Source: Eledone cirrhosa
Taxonomy: Eukaryota
Assembly (NCBI GenBank): GCA_964016885.1
Contig: OZ024743.1
Location: 49,104,001-49,168,000, forward strand
Reading direction: 5' to 3'
DNA length: 64,000 bases
Shown here: positions 10,601 to 21,726 of the stretch, piece by piece
How positions within the stretch are numbered: position 1 is the first letter of the stretch
Layout of the letters: the number at the start of each line of letters is the position of its first letter
The notes under the pieces: generated by a model
What the model was told of the DNA's origin: nothing
Databases searched by the model: none
The model's input: only the letters and a program-made list of their open reading frames with translations
Made by a program: the position numbers and the translations under genes

Positions 10601-13600
10601 AGTCCATGGATGGTGGATAATCAGAATTATTAAAGTCAGGCAAGATGCTTTGCAATACCTGATGTGGCTCTGTACATTCTGAAATCCTGTCACCCCAAAA
10701 ATGGTGACACTTCTACCAGGAGTTGCCCATGGTAGACAGCATCAGCAGTTTAAAAACCAATGGAAACATTTTCCTTGGTCTGATCTGATGATCAGTTCAT
10801 TTCCTTTTTTATTTACGTGTCAACTGACTCTACAGGTTCTGCACATATGGTGTTACCTTTTAATACACTCACAGACCCAGCTAGCTTGTATAATACATGT
10901 CCCTATATACAGATACAAGTGTTTACCATATAACATATAACGAAGGGCACCATAATAAGATAAAAGTCAGATAGAGAAATTATGCAAGAACATCCAGTCC
11001 ACATTAAAGTGGTCTTGTAGGTGTCATGACAAAAAGCACCCAGTCCACGCTGTAAAGTGGTCGTGTAGGAGACACAGTAAAAAGGCTTCCAGTTCATACT
11101 GTAAATGTGGGTGGTGTTAGGAAGGGCATCCAGCTGTAGAAAACCTGCCAGATACAGTCCTATATGAGCGAGACATGGTCACCCAAACAATCTTGCCTCA
11201 AGTGGGACAATTTCCAGTCTAACCCATGTTAGCATGGAAGATGGACATTAAATGGTGATGAAAATATGCTAATCTTGAAGAATAACGTAATTTCTCTAAT
11301 CTTGTTGAGATTGCTGTAAAAAGTATATATGACCAATCAGTTGTATTTATGTTGCAATAATTGTTTCTATTTTTGGTACAAGACCAGCAATTTGAAGGAA
11401 AGGGGAAAGTTGATTAAATCACCTCAATGCTTTACTGGTACTTTATTTTATTGACCCCGTAAAGATGAATGACAAAGCTAACTTAGGCAGGGTTTGAACT
11501 CAGAGCATAAAGGGCCATAACTATGTGCTGCAAAGCTTGTTGTCCAACGCTCTACTGATAATCCACCACCCTACTTTATGTTGTAATGATAAAAAGAATG
11601 ATTATTATACTGACCAGTACATAGAATTACTTGGCTGATTGAACTAAAGTGTTTATAGTCCAGTTATAAGTCTGACTGTTATTGTTATATGAAACAGTTT
11701 GGGAGAAGATAAAGTGATGTTATTTCTGATTCTATAATTATTGTATTTCAGAGCTTAGGAGAACAGACAGCTGAGCTAAAAGGTGAAAAAGAGGAAGGTG
11801 CAACAGTGCTGACATCTGTTGGTCTTAAAGTGAAGAGTCCTTCCCCTCCTCCAACAGAAGAACTTGAAACAAAAATATTGACCAATCAAGAAGAGCGTAA
11901 TATAGAAGATGTCTTCTTAACTTCGGTACAGGTTGTGGAATCAGAGAATATAACCACACCTACAGAAGAAACAACTCTGACAGAAAACGATGCTATTTTG
12001 CCAGCAGAGATCACTGATTCCAGTAAAGCAATCGAGGTTTTGGCACCTTGCATTAAGACATACAATGAGGTTGCCTGTAATACGGAGGATAGTGACAATC
12101 TTGATGAGGTTGATGATGTGGAACTGACAGAACCAAAAACAACTGTGAAGATAAAAACTCAAACTCCATCACGGCGCCACCAAAAGAGTGTTACTCTACA
12201 TGTACCAGAAAAAACTGTTGAAGATCACTTGAGTGAAGAGGTGCAAAGTGCTGTTGACAATATAAAACCTGATGTTAGCGATATCCATATTGCTGATGAT
12301 GTGAGTGCACTAACTTCAATGATTCAGAGAAGACAAAATGCAGCAGATAGTAAGATACAGGAAACCATAGTGTCAACAGTTGAAACCGATGTGGAGATGA
12401 CAAAAGCAGAAGAGATTGTCAAAGAGATTGAACTGGCTGAAGCTGAAGAATTTGAAGAGGCTGTGGAAGGAGGCCAATCTGAAAATGCTGCATCAGTAGA
12501 CATCAAACCATTGTTGACAAAAAAAACAAAAGGAAAACGGATGAAACGAAAGAAACAACTTGCTTGTAATATTTGTGGATTAATGTTTGGAGGACCGGTA
12601 ACATTGCAAGGTGTGTATATATCTCGTTCTATACTCTGTTTATAATCTCTATATATCTGTCTATATTCTATTAATGTAATGAGTGTATATCTGTCTATAG
12701 TCTGTTAATATAGGGGATGTATAACTGTCTCGAGCCTTTATATATAGCTATCTACAGCCTATTAATGTAAGGTGTATATATATATATATAGTTAAAACTT
12801 AGATGGGAACAAAAACAGAGAGGCAGTACAAATAAGAGTTTATTAGGTTCATGCTTTTGAGAGTGGGGGGGAGGGGCGTTTCGGGCATAAGCCCTTCATC
12901 AGGAGAAAAGTGGGTAGGAAGAGAGTTCCGAGGGTGGTGGAAAGACAAAAAAGGGAGGACAAACGATTGAAGAAGTACAAATAAAAATAAAAATAAACAA
13001 GTGGTGGAAGGGTGTGAGGCAGGTGGAGTTAGGAGAGGGAGGCGGGTGGTCCGAGTGGGGAGGGCTGAAGGTGCTGTTTGTGTAGGTGTGTGTGAATGTG
13101 AGAGTTGGGGGAAGAACGAGGTTCCATGTTCAGGAAAAGGTATGTGCGTGGGGTGAGGTGTAAGTCGGTGCGTGTGGATTCCGGAGGCTGAGTGTGTATA
13201 TGTGGGGATGCGCACGTGTGTGTTTGTGTTTATACGTGGCGTGGTTCAAAAAAAAAAGTGAGTGTTTGTTCGTGGGTAAGTTTCTAAGGTAGTTCCGTGT
13301 AGTGTGCGGTGAGATGTTGGATATTTTTTGTGTTATGGAGTGGATGGCTGGAAGGATGACCGGTGGTGTGGAATCCAATGTTGGTGGTGGTCGGAAGTGG
13401 AGAGATGTGGGGTGTGCGCGCAGCAGGAAATGGTCAGAGGGTCAAGGCAGGGTGAAGAGATAGCAGGAGAGGAGGATGACAGGTGGAGAAAGGGTCTGTA
13501 TGTGGTGAGGACTGGGTCTCTGTGTGTGCGTAGGTGCGGTGGACAGGAGAGAGGATGGGTAGGTGTGAAAGGTGGGGAGATGGGGTGTATATTAGTAGAG

Positions 13601-16600
13601 GTGTTAGTGGGATGTGAAGGGGTGTAGGTGGAGCGGGGAGAGAAAAGTGTTGGGGACGGAGGAGGGAGTGTAGTGTACTGGTGTGTGTGTGTGGTAGAGG
13701 GGTTGTTAGTATTACTGGTGGTGGGGAAAGGCTTGAATGCGGGTGTGTAAGTGGGGGTTAGTGGTGGTTGGGTGTGTGTGTGTTCATGTGCATGAGGTTG
13801 GGGGGATGTTAGTTGTGGATGTGTGGGTGAGGGTTAGTGGTGGTAGTAGGGTGTGTGGATAGTGTGAGTGCGTGTATATATGTACAGGTAGGTGTGAGTG
13901 CGTGGGTGTTAGGGGGATGGGTGGGGATGTTAGTATTGTTAGTTGTGGGGTGGGGCAGTGAAAAGAAGGAGTGTGTTAGTGGGGGATGTGGGCGGTCGAA
14001 GGCGAAAGGAATAGGGGTGTGGATTTGTAGGGTGAAGATGGTGTGTTGTTCGACCGTGAGGCGGGTGTTCTGTGGCATTGGAGTATGCCACAGATGGGGG
14101 AGCTAAAGTGGCGGGCGATGGGGGAACTCCTGCCGAAACGAATATCCTGGAGGTGTTCAGTGAAACGGTCCGCCAGGCGACGTCCATTCTGTCCGACGTA
14201 GGTAGCGCTGCACTCCGTGCAGTGAAGTCCATGGACAAGGTTGGAGGAGGTGCAGTGGAAGGCGTGCCGGACAGAGAGAGAGTGGCCGTTGGGATCCTGG
14301 AAGGTGATGGTGTTGGTGATGTGGAAGAAACAATTGTCAGCAATTAAATGTATTAAACTAAGATTTGATTGTTCTATATTTTGTATCTCGGCTCTGTAAT
14401 ACATTTGATAATTTACATTGAGCCTTTTCTCTTACTGGTAACTGGCTAGTGCTTAGTACTACACTCCATATTTATAATTATATATAAACCATATATAAGT
14501 ATAAATATTATTATTATTACTATATATATATAGTAGTGGACAACAGAACAGTGTTGTTGTACTGTGGTGGAGGTGATAGTAGTGGCAGAGTGTAGGATTG
14601 TGATATAACATTGATAATGTTTACTTTTTCTATTGCAAGTTCATATGAGTACACACTCGGGTCAAAAACCTTTTGGTTGTGATGTTTGTGGCAAGAGATT
14701 TACTGAACGGAAGTATGTTCGTATCCATATGAGACGTCACACTGGAGAGAAACCATATTTGTAAGTAGAATTTCTTGTCACAGATTGATATCACAAACTT
14801 CCTAATCCTAACCACCCCTTGTTTCTTTATTTTTTCAAAGTGTGTCTACAGCAACAAGCATTTAAGGCCATTCCACTTCAGGCCTGACAAGATTCTCTAT
14901 TATTTTACCATATTATTTGCAACCCCTCACCAATCTTTCCATCATCTTTAGCCATGTCTTTCTTGGTTTTCTCCTTCCTCATTCATTTCCATCACTCCCC
15001 TCACTCAGTCACTTTCATCCTTCCTCAACACATGACATAACCATTTCATTTCTCTTCACAACATTCATCTCAGGTTTTATTCCTATCATTCTCTGCAATT
15101 CATTGTTTGTCTTCCTCTCTCTCAGTGATACTCCACTCAGTTACCATTCTCTTTCTTTACTGCTCCATATTCATTACCCATGTCCCTCACACATGAAGTA
15201 TACTTCTCTTCAGTTTCAGTGATACTCCCCCTCCACATTAACACACCCCTCAGAACCTCTTCCACTTCTCACTTGAGATACTGTTGCAGACTCTGATCAA
15301 TTCTCTCCAATCAATATGTCACTGAGGTAACAAAATATTTTCACACCTTCCACCTCGATACCATTCCCAAGATCCTGCTCAACATCCCCTCCATCTGTAG
15401 AGCCCCTATAGACACTTTACATTGGACGTATCAATGTGTTCTTTCCTCTTTTTTTTTATGATGGAAGGTTGTGATGATGAAAATTTAACTGTTATTTCTA
15501 GCAAGATGAGCAATCACGTTTAGGATTTCTCATCTTGTTAAAATTGTTATCTGTCCAGGCACATGTTGTTTGATGTTATTGTTACAATATGACACAGATG
15601 TAGCAGCACAGACATATGTTCATCATCATCATCTTTACCATTTTTCCATGTTCGCATGGCTTAGATGAAACTTCTTCAATTCAGCATCTCCAATTGTTTC
15701 TTTCCTTTATCACCTCCTTTGTGAGATGTAGTTTCTTGACATTTTTCACCACTTCTTCCTACGTCTTTCTCTTTCTTGACCGTTCTCTTTGACGTCATCC
15801 TTCTACTAGGAACGCCTAGCACTTCTTCAGTCAACAACCATCATCCATGGTGAATTGGCAGTATCGGTAGAGGGTTGGACGCCTTGCTAGGGTGGTGGAT
15901 TGGCAGTATCGGTAGAGGGTTGGACGCCATGCTAGGGTGGTGGATTGGCAGTATCGGTAGAGGGTTGGACGCCATGCTAGGGTGGTGGATTGGCAGTATC
16001 GGTAGAGGGTTGGATGCCATGCTAGGGTGGTGGATTGGCAGTATCGGTAGAGGGTTGGACGCCATGCTAGGGTGGTGGATTGGCAGTATCGGTAGAGGGT
16101 TGGACGCCATGCTAGGGTGGTGGATTGGCAGTATCGGTAGAGGGTTGGACGCCATGCTAGGGTGGTGAATTGGCAGTATCGGTAGAGGGTTGGACGCCAT
16201 GCTAGGGTGGTGGATTGGCAGTATCGGTAGAGGGTTGGACGCCATGCTAGGGTGGTGGATTGGCAGTATCGGTAGAGGGTTGGACGCCATGCTAGGGTGG
16301 TGGATTGGCAGTATCGGTAGAGGGTTGGACGCCATGCTAGGGTGGTGGATTGGCAGTATCGGTAGAGGGTTGGACGCCATGCTAGGGTGGTGGATTGGCA
16401 GTATCGGTAGAGGGTTGGACGCCATGCTAGGGTGGTGGATTGGCAGTATCGGTAGAGGGTTGGACGCCATGCTAGGGTGGTGGATTGGCAGTATCGGTAG
16501 AGGGTTGGACGCCATGCTAGGGTGGTGGATTGGCAGTATCGGTAGAGGGTTGGACGCCATGCTAGGGTGGTGGATTGGCAGTATCGGTAGAGGGTTGGAC

Positions 16601-19108
16601 GCCATGCTAGGGTGGTGGATTGGCAGTATCGGTAGAGGGTTGGACGCCATGCTAGGGTGGTGGATTGGCAGTATCGGTAGAGGGTTGGACGCCATGCTAG
16701 GGTGGTGGATTGGCAGTATCGATAGAGGGTTGGACGCCATGCTAGGGTGGTGGATTGGCAGTATCGGTAGAGGGTTGGACGCCATGCTAGGGTGGTGGAT
16801 TGGCAGTATCGGTAGAGGGTTGGACGCCATGCTAGGGTGGTGGATTGGCAGTATCGGTAGAGGGTTGGACGCCATGCTTTGACGCATAGTTACAGCGGTT
16901 GCCATTCTGAGTTCAAATCCTGCCGAGGTTAACTTTGCCTTTCATCCTTACAGGGTTGATAAAATAAAGTACCAGTAATGTACTGGGTAATTGCTGGCCT
17001 TGTGCCTAAAGTAGAAACAATTATATGTCTGTACCAATTGCAATCTTTGCTCCTAAAAACTACATCTAATTCCTCTTATACCTATATTTTTCTCTCAGCT
17101 TATCCACGTTTCAACATTCACACATTCAATATTTTGGTCTATATTACCTGTTCCCTTTTATTTTAGTCTATATTACCTGTTCCCCTTTTTTTTTGTCTAT
17201 ATTACTTGTTCCCTTTTATTTTGGTCTATATTACCCGTTCCCTTTTATTTTGGTCTATATTACTTGTTCCCTTTTATTCATTGAGATTTTCCAATGAAAG
17301 TTTGTTTCAGTGGAAAATTTCAAGTGAAAAATGTCTAACTTTGATCTTTAATTTTCAGGTGCAGTGTTTGTGGTAAAGGTTTTCCCAGGACCCAGTCTCT
17401 ATTAGCTCATATGTCAGTCCATGAGAAGGACAAGGATCACATGCAGAAGTGTGAAATATGCAATCGACCATTTGCTTCTGATAATCGGCTGAATGCACAT
17501 ATGGAAGCCAAGCATCCTGCAGTTCCTAAAGTTTACAAATGTGCAGAGTGCAGCCGTGTGTTCACTGCAATGAGTAAGTAATATAACACTTAATTCTTTT
17601 GATACCAAACCAACCCTATTTTTGCAATACAAAGCTGTTTGTTTTAAAGTATTTATATTTATCTAAAACCTGCCCTCATAATTCTATGTAAGAACCTTTG
17701 TTATGCTCCAAATACCAGATAAATAATTAGAAAGTTAGTTACATTACTAAATCACTCCAAATCCTTGCTTATTTGAAAATCATAGGTAGTGTTTTTATTA
17801 GAAATGGTAATGAAAGGGATAATTCTTTCTAATTCTTCACTTCAGTATGGTCATCTTTGCCCCTGCATTTTCTGTTTTGTATAAAGGCAACAAATAGTTA
17901 TTGCTGCAGTCATATTCTTCCACTTTTAAAGGCAAAGCTGAGTACTTTGCATGCCCTAGTCTGTATTGCTAATTTGGTCTATTCCTACTTGATGAATCAA
18001 TGGTGAACAGAAGTTATGGTACCCAAGTGTAGAAATAGTTAGAAAACAATCTCTACCATGAATATATCAAGCCAGTATAGATGACAAAGAAATAGGGAAG
18101 AAACAGTTACCTCACCTGACTTGAGTTAGTAATAATCTATTTATGTGGGTGAACTGGCAGAGTTGTTAAGGTGTCAGATTAAATGCTATGTGGTATTTGT
18201 TCTGGTTCTCTGCATCCTTGAATCCCACTGATGTCAACCTTGCCTTTCATCATTTTGGAATTGATAAATAAAGTACCTCTAGGAGTGCAGGGATGGGCAG
18301 AATTGTTAGAGGGACATTGGACAGGACACCTTGTGGTATCTGTTTTAGCTGTTAGAGGGACATTGGATAGGACACCTTGTGGTATCTGTTTTGGTTGTTA
18401 GGGGGACATTGGACAGGACACCTTGTGGTATCTGTGTTGGCTCTATGCATTCAGAATTGAAATTCCACCTCCTATCATTGTAAAAATGGTAACATGAAAG
18501 ACTTGGGCCTCCTATCATTAAAACACCCAAAAGACCTCCTTCTGGGGCTCCAGCTTGATTTACAAAGGTGTAATAATTACAACAATCTACTTTTTTCTTT
18601 CTTTCTAGGGAGTCTGAAACGTCATATTGAAGCCCATATGGGTTTAAAACGCTACGAGTGCCAGCATTGCGGGCGTCGCTTTTTACGGAAAGAATATCTA
18701 CGTAGCCATGCAGCTCAGCACACAGGAGAAGTATACCCTGCTCCAAAACGAAAGAAGCCAGACTTGCCATGTCCTCAACTCAAGATAACTGTTGGTTCTA
18801 ATACCTATTCTGTTTTTACTTCTGATGCCACTGCTGCTGTTACTCCTGATCAACAAGAAACCTGGGTCGCTGCTGAACTCGTCCAGAATGAAGAACAGAT
18901 ACAGGACCCAACCGAGACAGCACGAGCAACAGAGAGTGTTGAGCAAAGTGTTGAGGCACCTCTATTTTTTATTGCTCCAAACCAAGTTGAATATGAGGTT
19001 GAATGTACTTCGAGTGGTGGTACTGAACTTACTGAGGCAGATCTCACCGCTATTAACATTCTTGCTCAAGCTACACTCAATGCTCCTAACACTCTGCCAC
19101 TCACATGA
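1625..19108 (+). CDS. 5'-partial multi-exon gene: domesticated Gypsy/Ginger-type integrase (GIN1-like) with 3 HHCC zinc-binding modules, AT-hook and 6 C2H2 zinc fingers
   Basis: Exons 1625-1875, 2680-2849, 3278-3408, 4151-4304, 4427-5243, 6859-7084, 7779-7960, 8894-9158, 10151-10350, 11752-12610, 14640-14760, 17359-17573, 18609-19108 (TGA). All introns are GT-AG with matching phases, giving an open frame of 4091 nt. Motifs: [11 protein letters not shown]...CPVCQ; [12 protein letters not shown]...[10 protein letters not shown]...RYGV; NWHESL...[15 protein letters not shown]; KPQRGRPP; six CxxC-x12-H-x3/4-H fingers with HSGQKPF and HTGEKPY linkers. Confidence 0.85.
2680..4450 (+). CDS. integrase catalytic-core-like (rve) exons of the fusion gene
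   Basis: Spliced translation [34 protein letters not shown]...[18 protein letters not shown]...[58 protein letters not shown] follows the Gypsy integrase pattern. Confidence 0.8.
2894..3182. repeat. compound intronic minisatellite (short GT-rich units)
   Basis: Repeats of gagtattgagtgtaggctctgtgtgt, followed by tatagagttggttgtgagtgtg variants. Confidence 0.8.
5766..5957 (+). mobile_element. tRNA-head SINE (full-length copy)
   Basis: Closely similar to the copies at 1031, 16844, 27117 and 41459; B-box GAGTTCAAATCCC. Confidence 0.8.
8304..8882. repeat. 40-bp minisatellite, ~14.5 copies, each unit with an internal inverted repeat
   Basis: Unit tgatatagctgttgtgttttaaaccattgtcaacacaaca. Confidence 0.95.
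11000..11260 (+). mobile_element. RTE-family 3' tail element
   Basis: ggtgttaggaagggcatccagctgtagaaa...aacccatgttagcatggaagatggacattaaatggtgatg, shared with the other RTE tails. Confidence 0.65.
11359..11570 (-). mobile_element. tRNA-head SINE (antisense copy)
   Basis: Reverse complement of the SINE consensus (actggtactttattttattgacccc...tttgaactcag). Confidence 0.75.
12559..18722 (+). CDS. six-finger C2H2 array of the fusion gene (spread over 4 exons)
   Basis: [21 protein letters not shown]; [21 protein letters not shown]; [21 protein letters not shown]; [22 protein letters not shown]; [21 protein letters not shown]; [21 protein letters not shown]. Confidence 0.9.
12795..14345 (-). mobile_element. 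Penelope-like retroelement fragment (GIY-YIG endonuclease plus 3' pseudo-LTR), antisense within an intron
   Basis: ORF 13976..14404(-) reads [36 protein letters not shown]...PIARHF. The 3' end has a CTGATGA...GAAA motif and AATAAA, and abuts (TA)n. Confidence 0.8.
12870..12910 (-). ncRNA. hammerhead-ribozyme-like core in the Penelope pLTR (probably degenerate)
   Basis: Minus strand CTGATGA-a-GGGC-ttat-GCCC-GAAAC; no clear NUH cleavage triplet follows. Confidence 0.5.
15849..16878 (+). repeat. 45-bp tandem array (~23 copies) derived from the SINE 5' head
   Basis: Unit gggtggtggattggcagtatcggtagagggttggacgccatgcta, nearly invariant, continuing into a SINE body. Confidence 0.95.
16844..17023 (+). 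mobile_element. tRNA-head SINE body terminating the array
   Basis: ttgacgcatagttac...gagttcaaatcctgccgaggttaactttgcctttcatcc...gtagaaacaatta. Confidence 0.8.
17137..17278. repeat. pyrimidine-rich minisatellite, 5 copies
   Basis: Repeats of gtctatattac(c/t)tgttccc(c)ttttatttt. Confidence 0.85.
18303..18437. repeat. 3-copy tandem repeat of a SINE-head-like sequence
   Basis: gttagagggacattggacaggacaccttgtggtatctgt x3. Confidence 0.75.
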
Positions 19109-19607
19109 GCCAATTTCTATTATAAATTCTGCTTCAACCATTTTTATCAAACCTTTGGTTTAATTTCGTTTTAATAAGCTAAGCTCAAAAGACTTACAGA
19201 CTTTTAATGAAAGGAAGAAACACTCAAAAAACAACTTCTTGTTTGAAATAAAATTACCAAAAAAAAGCACTACTGAAGCAATCAAAAAAACTCTCATATC
19301 CACTGAAGATTTTCACCTCAACTTTTTACTTCCACTTCTTCCCTATCTATTTCAATTTTAGAGAATGTTTTGTGTGTGTATACACATATACAAGCATATA
19401 TGTGCATATATATATACTTACATGTGCTTGTGTATCTATATATATATATATATATAAACACTCTCACATATATATATATATATATATAAACACACTCACA
19501 TATATATATATATACGTTTAAATTTGGTGGTTTAGCACTGGATAGAATTAGTCATTCTGCAATGTTAACCATGACGTAATATGAGAAAAGCACTCAACGT
19601 AATGCAA

Positions 19608-19657
19608 CATATATATATGTGTGTATGTATATATATATATGTGTGTATATATATATA

Positions 19658-19690
<33 letters not shown>

Positions 19691-19964
19691 GTATGTATAT
19701 ATATGTGTGTACATATATATGTATATATATATATATGTGTGTAATATATATATATATATATGTGTGTTATATATATATATATATGTGTGTAATATATATG
19801 TATGTATATATATGTGTGTGTATATATATATATATATGTGTATATATATATAAGTATATATATATGTGTATATATATATATGTATATATATATGTATATA
19901 TATATGTGTATATATATATATGTATATATATATGTATATATATGTGTGTATATATGTATGTATA

Positions 19965-20011
<47 letters not shown>

Positions 20012-20070
20012 ATGTGTGTGAACAAGCACGTGTGTCTGTATATATATGTATAAATGCATGTATGTATATG
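19608..20070. repeat. long (TA/TG)n compound microsatellite
   Basis: Directly visible. Similar tracts lie at 32965-33275, 55770-55945 and 62635-62860. Confidence 0.95.
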
Positions 20071-20449
20071 CCTGCATACTTTCTGAGTCTTAGAGACTCA
20101 TATTTGAGGAGAATGGTTTGTTATATCTATAAATGTATAAAATGCACAAAATCATTTGGAATTCCCTCCCAGATATTTCCGTCATTTCATGTTTCTTGCC
20201 CCCACCCCCGATTTTGTTACCTTTTGTGCTAGTTAATGGTTTCTTTGTGTGTAAATATTTTCTCACTGCATCCTTCAATATCATTATTAAAATGATTTAC
20301 CATTAATTTGTATTTATTTCTCCTTATTAAGGACACTTGTATTTTTCTATATTCTACCGTGAGATCATCACCCAGTCCGAGAAATGAGTTCAATTCTCAG
20401 ACCGGGTGATGTGTTGTTTCTTTGAGCAAGACACTTTATTTCACATTGC

Positions 20450-20700
20450 TCGTGGAGGTGCCACAGCAAAAAAGCACCCAGCCCACACTGTAAAGTGGAC
20501 GTGTAGGCGCCACAGAAAAAAGCACCCAGCACTCACTGTAAATGAGGTTGGTGTTAGGAAGGGCATCCGGCTGTAGAAATCAAGCCAGAATCGGTTCCCG
20601 TATGAGCAAGGCATGGTCAGCCGACCGGGCACTGCCCACAACAGGACAACCCGTCTAACCCATGCTAGCGTGGAAGAACAGGCGTAAAACGGTGATGACG
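20450..20700 (+). mobile_element. RTE-family 3' tail element
   Basis: Near-identical to 270-530. Confidence 0.75.
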
Positions 20701-21089
20701 ATACCGTGAGAAGTGTGGATTCATGGTTAAGGAGGTCACAACCATGAGTTTATGGGTTCAGTCTCAGTCTAGTCTCTTATCTACCGAACCATTTCACTTC
20801 TACAAGTAAAGAGACATCTATCTTCCCGGTTCACTTAGATCCAGTTAACATATTGAGATGTCTAGATATTTATCTGTTCCTGAATCCCAAGGAAACCCAA
20901 TAGATGTAGCATGGCTGGATAGATAATAGTTTGCTTCATAATCATGACATTCTAGCTTTGGTCTAAGCCTATGGGACAGTGTTACCATAGGCTTGGCTCT
21001 GGAAGTAGATCTGTCCAACCCATCTTAAAATGAGAAGCTGTTGATTAAACAAAGGTCATTATTGAACAGCATGAATTACACAGGTGTAC

Positions 21090-21225
21090 CTGTATTATCT
21101 AATGACAGGTATATCATCTGTATTATCTAATGACAGGTATATCATTTGTATTATCTAATGACAGGTATATCATCTGTATTATCTAATGACAGATATATCA
21201 TCTGTATTGTCTAATGACAGGTACC
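21090..21225. repeat. 28-bp minisatellite (5 copies, resuming at ~21553)
   Basis: Unit ctgtattatctaatgacaggtatatcat. Confidence 0.9.
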
Positions 21226-21552
21226 ATCATCATCACCGTTTTATGTCCATTCTTCCACACCAGCATGGGTTAGACAGGTTGTCCTGTTGTGGGCAGTGCC
21301 AGGTCAGGTGACCTTGTCTTGCTCATACGGAACTGATTCTGGCTTGATTTCTACAGCTGGATGCCCTTCCTAACACCAACCTCATTTACAGTGAGTGCTG
21401 GGTGATTTTTGTCGTGACACCTCCATGTCCACTTTACAGTGTGGACTAGGTGATTTTTGTCGTAACACCTACACAACCACTTTACAGTGGGGGGGGGGGG
21501 ATACTGTCTACATGCTTCAGCTTCGGATTGTACCCGTGGGAAGTCAGGTCTT
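21226..21552 (-). mobile_element. RTE-family 3' tail element inserted into the 28-bp minisatellite
   Basis: Reverse complement of the 61030-61350-type element. Confidence 0.75.
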
Positions 21553-21726
21553 CTGTATTATCTAATGACAGGTATATCACCTGTGTTGTTTAATAACATA
21601 TATCACCTGTAAACACTTAAATGTGTGTGTGTGTGTGTGTATATATATATGTGTGTGTGTGTGTTAAGTATTTCCGAAGAAAAAGCAAAGGAAAAAAGAG
21701 TGCTCTATGTATAAAACAGAGCTATT

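Noticed and set aside
15841-16905. 354-aa and 230-aa repetitive ORFs on both strands
   Set aside because: By-products of a stop-free 45-bp SINE-head array inside an intron.
19565-20232. Several Tyr/Ile/His/Val-rich ORFs (also at 32953-33285, 55741-56115 and 62555-62897)
   Set aside because: Translations of (TA/CA/TG)n microsatellites.
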